The notes under the pieces are model-generated. The model did no database searches. It was given only the letters and a program-made list of their open reading frames with translations, and was not told the origin of the DNA. 64,000 bases of DNA from assembly GCF_902713615.1 (NCBI RefSeq), contig NC_052164.1:18712114-18776113 (forward strand). Direction: 5' to 3'. Both the position numbers and the translations under genes were made by a program. This DNA comes from Scyliorhinus canicula (lineage: Eukaryota). Positions 58,801-64,000 of the stretch are shown piece after piece. Each line of letters begins with the position of its first letter. Position 1 is the stretch's first letter.

Positions 58801-61800
58801 CCGACCTCCTGGCGAGAGCCACGACCGTGGCCATTTTGGACGGCCCCCTAACGAAGGGAAACCCCAGAGTGCAGGGGTGTGTCCACCAGGTAAGTATGGG
58901 TGACCCCGCAGGACCGGTGTGTCGAAACACCCCCCCCCCCACCACCATAATTGTTACCTGGAGCGTAAGGGGACTCAAATTCCCGATGAAAAGATCGAAT
59001 CTTCACCCACCTAAGAAGCCTAAAAGCAGACATAATCTACCTACAAGAGACACACCTGAGGAAGAAGGGCCGATGGCTGGTAAGATAGGGATGGGTGGGA
59101 CAGACGTACCACTCGTGCTATGGGACGAGGGCTAGGGGGGTAGCAATATTTATTTGCAAGCGGACAAGGTTTACGGAAACCAAGACCGTTACGGACCAGG
59201 GGGACAGTACGTCATGGTCAGCGGTGTCCTGGAAGGGGCACCGGTCGTACTGGTAAATGTGTACGCTCCCAACTGGGACGACACAGAATTCATAAAGAAG
59301 ACCATGGCAGAAATCCCCGACCTTGACACACAACCCATGGAGGTTCCTGCACCCGGGAGAGAGGAATTTTCAAACTTCTCACAAGTACACCAGGTCTACA
59401 CCCGTGTCTAATTCTTTGCAGTGGGGAAGTCGGTGCTTCCAGGGATCATGGGAACGGAGTACTCCGTGATCGTTATCTCCGACCACACTCCACATTATAT
59501 GGATGTGAGGTTGGAGACAGACCGGGCCCAGCGCCCCACGTGGAGGCTGGACACGGACCTCCTGGCCGACTAGGCCTTCTGTCAGAAAACATTGTGGGCC
59601 ATAGGCGACTACGTTAGTAACAACCAAAACGGGGATGTCTCCCCCTCCACGTTCTGGGAGGCACTGAAGGCCGTGATTAGAGGAGAGATAATAGCCTACC
59701 AGGCAAGCACAGATGGGGAAGAGAGGGTGGCCAGGCAACAAGTGGTGGACTCCATCCTGGAAGACGACAGAAAATACTCCGAGGCCCCGACTGTAGAGCT
59801 GCTGGCGGAGAGAAAAAAGCTGCAAATGGACTTTAACCTGCTATCCACTAGGAAAGCAGTGTACCGACTCCCCCAGACACGGGGGACCTTCTACAAACAC
59901 GGAGACAAGGCTGGCCGCCTATTGGCTCACCAGCTGAGAAAGCAGGCAGCCACAAGGGAAATAGCGCAGGTACAGGATAGCAGAGGCAGACTGGAAACAG
60001 AACCAAAGGAGGTCAATCAAGCATTTGAGACCTTCTACCGGGGACTGTACACCTCCGAGCTTACGAGTCGGGGACGCTGGGATGAAACCGTTCCTAGATG
60101 GACTGGAACTACCAGTTGTGGGGGAAGACAGACGGGGGAGCTGGAATAGAGCTGGGAGAAATCCTGGAGAGCATCAGCTCCATGCAGGCAGGCACCCGAT
60201 GCACCAGTCCTGGCCCCACACTTAAGGGACATGCTCGCAGACTCACTGGCAAGGGGCACCCTGCCCCCCCATGCTGGTAATTTCACTGATACCCAAAAAA
60301 GATAAAGACTTGACAGAATGTGGATCATACAGATCCATTTCACTGCTGAACGTGGATGCGAAAATACTTGCAAAGGTCCTGGCCAAAAGGCTGGAGGGCT
60401 GTGTACCAGAGGTAGTCGCAGAGGACCAAACGGGCTTTGTCAAGGGTAGGCAGCTCACAGCGAAAATCAGGCGGCTGCTGAAAGTAATAATGACCCCCTC
60501 TGGGGAGAGAACACCAGAGGTGATCGTCTCCCTGGACGCAGAAAAAGCCTTCGACAAGAGTCTAATGGAAATACCTCCTTGAGGTACTGGAACGGATTGG
60601 GCTCGGAGCGGGATTCACCGCCTGGGTGAGGCTCCTGTACAACGCTCCCAAAGCGAGTGTCCGAATTAACACCACCAGCTCTGAATACTTCCAGCTGCAG
60701 AGAGGAACAAGACCGGGCTGCCCCCTGTCCCCACTCTTTCGCGCTAGCGATCGAAACCCTGGCGACAGCCCTGCGGGACGTGAAAAGCTGGAAGGGAATC
60801 CAGAGAGGAGACAGAGAGCACAGAGTCTCGCTCTATGCAGATGACTTGCTCCTCTATGTCTCAAAGCCACAGGAGGGACTGAAAGCAATACTGCAAATAC
60901 TGAAAGTTTGGAACCTTCTCGGGCTACCAACTTAACCTGGGCAAAAGCGAGTGAGCATTCCCAGTGACCCAAACAGGGGAGGGAAAGAACTGGAGGGGCT
61001 CCCGTTCAAAACAGCCCCGAACAGATTCTGTTACCTAAGGATCCACAAAGCCAGAGACTGGACACAGGTCCATAAGTAGAACCTGACCAGCCTGGTGGAG
61101 GAAGTAAGAAGAGACCTTCAAAGGTGGGGCTCACTCCCACTCTCTCTGGCGGAGAGAGTGCAGACGATCACGATGAATGTACTGCCAAGGGCCCTCTTCC
61201 TGTTTAGATCCATTCCGATCTTCACCTGCAATGCCTTTTTCCAAAACGTAGACAGTCTAATCATGGTGTTGGTGTGGGGGTAGAAATCCGAGAATTCCCA
61301 AACAGACACTACAAAGGGGGCTTGGCCTTACCAAACCTACAATATTACCACTAGGCAGCAACGGCAGAAAGAGTGAGGGGATGGGTACAAGAACCTGACA
61401 TAGATTGTGTACAAATGGAGGAGGCATCCTGTAAAGGAACCCTCCGGGCCCTGGCCACAGCAGCACTCCCATCCTCCTCAACAAGATAAACAATGAGCCC
61501 AGTGGTGGTGGCCACACTGAGAACGTGGACCCAGTTGAGACAGCACTTTGGGATAACCAAAATGTCCCTTGTGGCCCCCATCTGCGGCAATCACAGATTC
61601 CCCTCAGCCATGCTAGATACCACCTTCAAAAGATGTAGGTGGGACGGGGGCACATTGACGGTCGGGGAACTGACGGAAGTGGAGGCTAGCAAAAGGACAG
61701 GAAATGAGAGACCTCCAAATAAAGCACTTCCTCCGTAAAGAGACAGTGAGGTACCCCGGGGCCCCAGAAACTAGAGGATCTAATTGGCACAAGCAACGAG

Positions 61801-63795
61801 AAGTGGGGGGGCTATGTGGGAAAATATACGGACAGCTACTGGACAGAGCCCGAACACCACTGGACGAGACCAGACAAAAATGAGGGATGACCTGGGGACA
61901 GAGGTGGGATGGGGACTCTGGAGCGAAGTACTGAGGAGGGTGAACTCCACCTCCTCCTGCGCAAGGCTAAGCCTATTGCAGCTCAAAGTGGCGCACAGAG
62001 CGCACCTGTCCTGAGCAGGTTCTTCCCGGAGGTGGAGGACAAATGTGAGCGGTGCCAGAGGGGCCCGGCCAACCACACCCACATGTTTTGGGCTTGGCCC
62101 AAGCTTGCTGGGTTCTGGGCAGTCTTCTCCGAGGCAATGTCCAGGGTTGTGGGGGTGAGGGTGAAGCCATGCCCAATAGTGGCAATCTTCGGGGTATCGG
62201 AGCAGCCAGAGTTACACATGAGGAAGAGGGCCAACGCCCTCGCTTCCCTAATCTCAGGCTGGAGAATCCTGCTCAGCTGGTGATCGGCAGCACCACCCAC
62301 AGCTGCAGACCTATCTCCACCTGGCGAAGATGAAGTACGCCACCCGAGGGTCAGAGGAAGGCTTCCTGGATACTTGGGGGCGGTTTTTCGGTCTGTTCCA
62401 AAACCTGTTCGAGGCCAGCAACAAGGAGTAACCTGATAAGAATTTTTTCTTTTTAAACCGTCAAGCCGAACCCGGGGGGGGGGGAGGAGGAGAGAGACAG
62501 TGGGGAAGGGGGAGGGACCATATACCTAAACTACATTAACATCACAGAAAATAGCTTACAATTAGCAGTTGAACAATTCTTAATAAAAGAAAATATTTTA
62601 ATTTCTAACTGGTACCTTCCCTATCTCCAATCAAGCAAAGCATGTCACAGGTCAGCAGCCACTTTAGCAAACAAAGGGTTAGTTGCTGTACACTTGAATA
62701 GAGATTTCTTGGAAAGACTGCGAGTGAGGCGGTGAGAGTTGGCGTATTTTCTCCTTATTACTTCTCTATGACTTTATTATACTTTAAAAGTTATTTCATT
62801 TACAAATATAGGACTTTAAGAATGTACAGTCTTCCAAGTTACAGAGTATAATGTTTCTTGGTATTCTTTCTCATGGGAACGGTCCTACAGGATCTAAGTA
62901 CAACTTGCGCAATGGTTGTAATGGGAAAAATCCAATTTAAATTGTTTCATTTTTACTTTTCAGGAATCAAACTACAACTTTAAGTGAGGATTTATACAGT
63001 AATTCCACATCATTTCTGTCAGCCTCTTTCTTTTGTACCTAGAAATGTATGAACCAAGCATGAATATTTTTGATATAGTCCGGAAAAAATATAATAAACC
63101 AATAAAATTACCATGTCATTTGTGCCTCACGGTGCATCAGTTATCCAGTGTGTTGGAAACAGCCTGATCCATGTTGGCACTTTTCTGATTTGCATTTTTG
63201 TCTTCCACTTTAGGCAGAAGACTTAGTTGCAAGTTTTTTTCCAAAGAAGCTATTGGAACTGGATGGTTTTCTGAAGGTAAGATTCACAGAACTTTAGTGG
63301 ATATGATACGTTCAGCATTCTCAATGCGTCAGGCTCAAAAGGCGCGTGGATTGGGCTTAGAGCTACAATATTGTGGAGCTGATCTCTAACCTGTACTCCC
63401 TGTTGGAAGGACTTTATTGTTTTGTGTAGACCTACAATAATTGCCATCATTTTTGTGTTTAAATAGCTCTTTACTACTTGTATGTTTTCTGTTAGTTTAA
63501 TAGTTATCTTTTTGTTATTTTGTGTAATATCTCATTGTTGGCAGCCAATACAAATTAATTTAATTGGCCTCCTTTATGAGAGAGCATGCAGTATTGCAAT
63601 GTCCCCACTGATTGGCTCATTACACATTGTATGGCCAAAGTAGGGCTTTTGTTATAATTTATCTAACTCTAGATGTATTCATTTCAGGAACCCCTCTTGA
63701 ATATTTCGGATTTGGCTACTATTCATTCGGACCTCAACTTGCCTGTGCCAGAACCTATAATGCTAACCAACAGCCATGATGGTTTGGATAGTGCA
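43789..63795 (+). CDS. PSME3: Proteasome activator subunit 3 (PA28gamma/REGgamma), 5' part: join(43789..43830,54110..54142,63214..63276,63688..63795), continues beyond window
   Basis: MSGLLKVDNALRTK|VDAFRERMTAE|AEDLVASFFPKKLLELDGFLK|EPLLNISDLATIHSDLNLPVPEPIMLTNSHDGLDSA matches the PSME3 N-terminus; all phase-0 GT-AG introns; head-to-head with BECN1. Confidence 0.95.
44415..44740 (-). mobile_element. HE1/V-SINE
   Basis: Reverse full-length copy. Confidence 0.85.
45640..45950 (+). mobile_element. HE1/V-SINE nested in a LINE remnant
   Basis: Full copy ending tgcactgtaaattctatga; flanked by reverse LINE sequence. Confidence 0.85.
46150..48290 (+). mobile_element. Old CR1 LINE with nested SINE and CR1 tail
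   Basis: NWGKANFNGMR, PQGSVLEPLLFLIYIND, KFGGDMKI, RPHLE motifs; SINE at 47307-47655. Confidence 0.8.
50295..50790 (-). mobile_element. HE1-like SINE containing a nested plus-strand SINE (50439-50625)
   Basis: Reverse HE1 tail and head separated by ggggctgtttagcac...gtgacaataag. Confidence 0.75.
51185..51475 (+). mobile_element. tRNA-derived SINE
   Basis: Same structure as 30355 and 36090. Confidence 0.8.
52620..53970 (+). mobile_element. Cluster of LINE 3' fragments (CR1 and the family of 2200-3240)
   Basis: caacactcaagaagctcgataccatccaggac; agactacacctggag; CR1 tail agccatgatctcattgaatgg. Confidence 0.7.
54110..54142 (+). CDS. PSME3: PSME3 coding exon 2 (33 nt)
   Basis: Acceptor ctgttttag|, donor gaa|gtaagt; VDAFRERMTAE. 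Confidence 0.93.
54380..54690 (+). mobile_element. HE1/V-SINE
   Basis: Head, core and tail present. Confidence 0.8.
55515..55720 (-). mobile_element. Poly(A)-type HE1-related SINE
   Basis: Reverse copy of the family at 55784. Confidence 0.8.
55783..55992 (+). mobile_element. Poly(A)-type HE1-related SINE with 15-bp TSD
   Basis: TSD aaaagatcaattgta at 55768-55782 and 55993-56007. Confidence 0.9.
56973..62520 (+). mobile_element. Near full-length degenerate L1-clade LINE in PSME3 intron 2
   Basis: ORF1 (coiled coil, ENRSRRQNVKIV.LPEG.EG, RAHR, VYQD); ORF2 with APE (VTWSVRGL, YLQETHL, VNVYAPN, SDH), RT (SLDAEKAFD, GTRPGCPLSP, LYADDLLL) and C-terminal CERC..HMFW; multiple frameshifts. Confidence 0.92.
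57761..57942 (-). mobile_element. SINE inserted in L1 ORF1
   Basis: Splits ORF1 between GKTI and WVYQD; reverse copy of the 50439 family. Confidence 0.85.
63214..63276 (+). CDS. PSME3: PSME3 coding exon 3
   Basis: AEDLVASFFPKKLLELDGFLK; canonical splice sites. Confidence 0.96.
63688..63795 (+). CDS. PSME3: PSME3 coding exon 4
   Basis: EPLLNISDL...NSHDGLDSA; donor gca|gtgagt. Confidence 0.92.
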
Positions 63796-64000
63796 GTGAG
63801 TATATTTCTGGAGAGGATTGTGCGTGATCTCTTGGGACAATTGTCAATGTAAACTAAAAAGATAAGCAATTGACCTTCAAAGCTGGCAAAATTAATCATC
63901 CTTTAACAATTCTTGTATTTTGTGAAGGCAGATCCGAACTCTGGCACCTTTCCAGTGCTGGCATTTTGTTTAAAAATAGTTTTCCAGATTTGTTTGAAAA

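Overview
Eukaryotic (vertebrate) genomic DNA. The repeat content (HE1/V-SINE-type tRNA SINEs, DeuSINEs, CR1/HER1-like LINEs, GC-rich MITEs) points to a cartilaginous fish, probably a catshark-type shark (inference). The window carries the conserved vertebrate block CNTD1 (+, 7 coding exons, 6183-12143, 316 aa), BECN1 (-, 11 coding exons, 40374-15980, 448 aa, plus a probable non-coding exon 1 near 43479-43650) and the first four coding exons of PSME3 (+, from 43789, continuing past the window end). BECN1 and PSME3 share a compact bidirectional CpG promoter next to a ~1.4-kb G-rich tandem array. Introns and intergenic DNA are mostly retroelements (CR1, L1, RTE, L2-like, Penelope-like), SINEs and MITEs. 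Most ORFs in the supplied track are repeat remnants or low-complexity artefacts. I found no new protein-coding system. The best leads are non-coding and untested: a TSD-flanked fold-back element with a minimal hammerhead ribozyme core; a possible ATF4-like uORF arrangement over the BECN1 start; a G-quadruplex-type array at the BECN1/PSME3 promoter; an LF-SINE-like element in the BECN1 3' region; a young CR1 inserted a few bases from a BECN1 splice donor; and a GC-AG intron and a stop-free in-frame intron in CNTD1.
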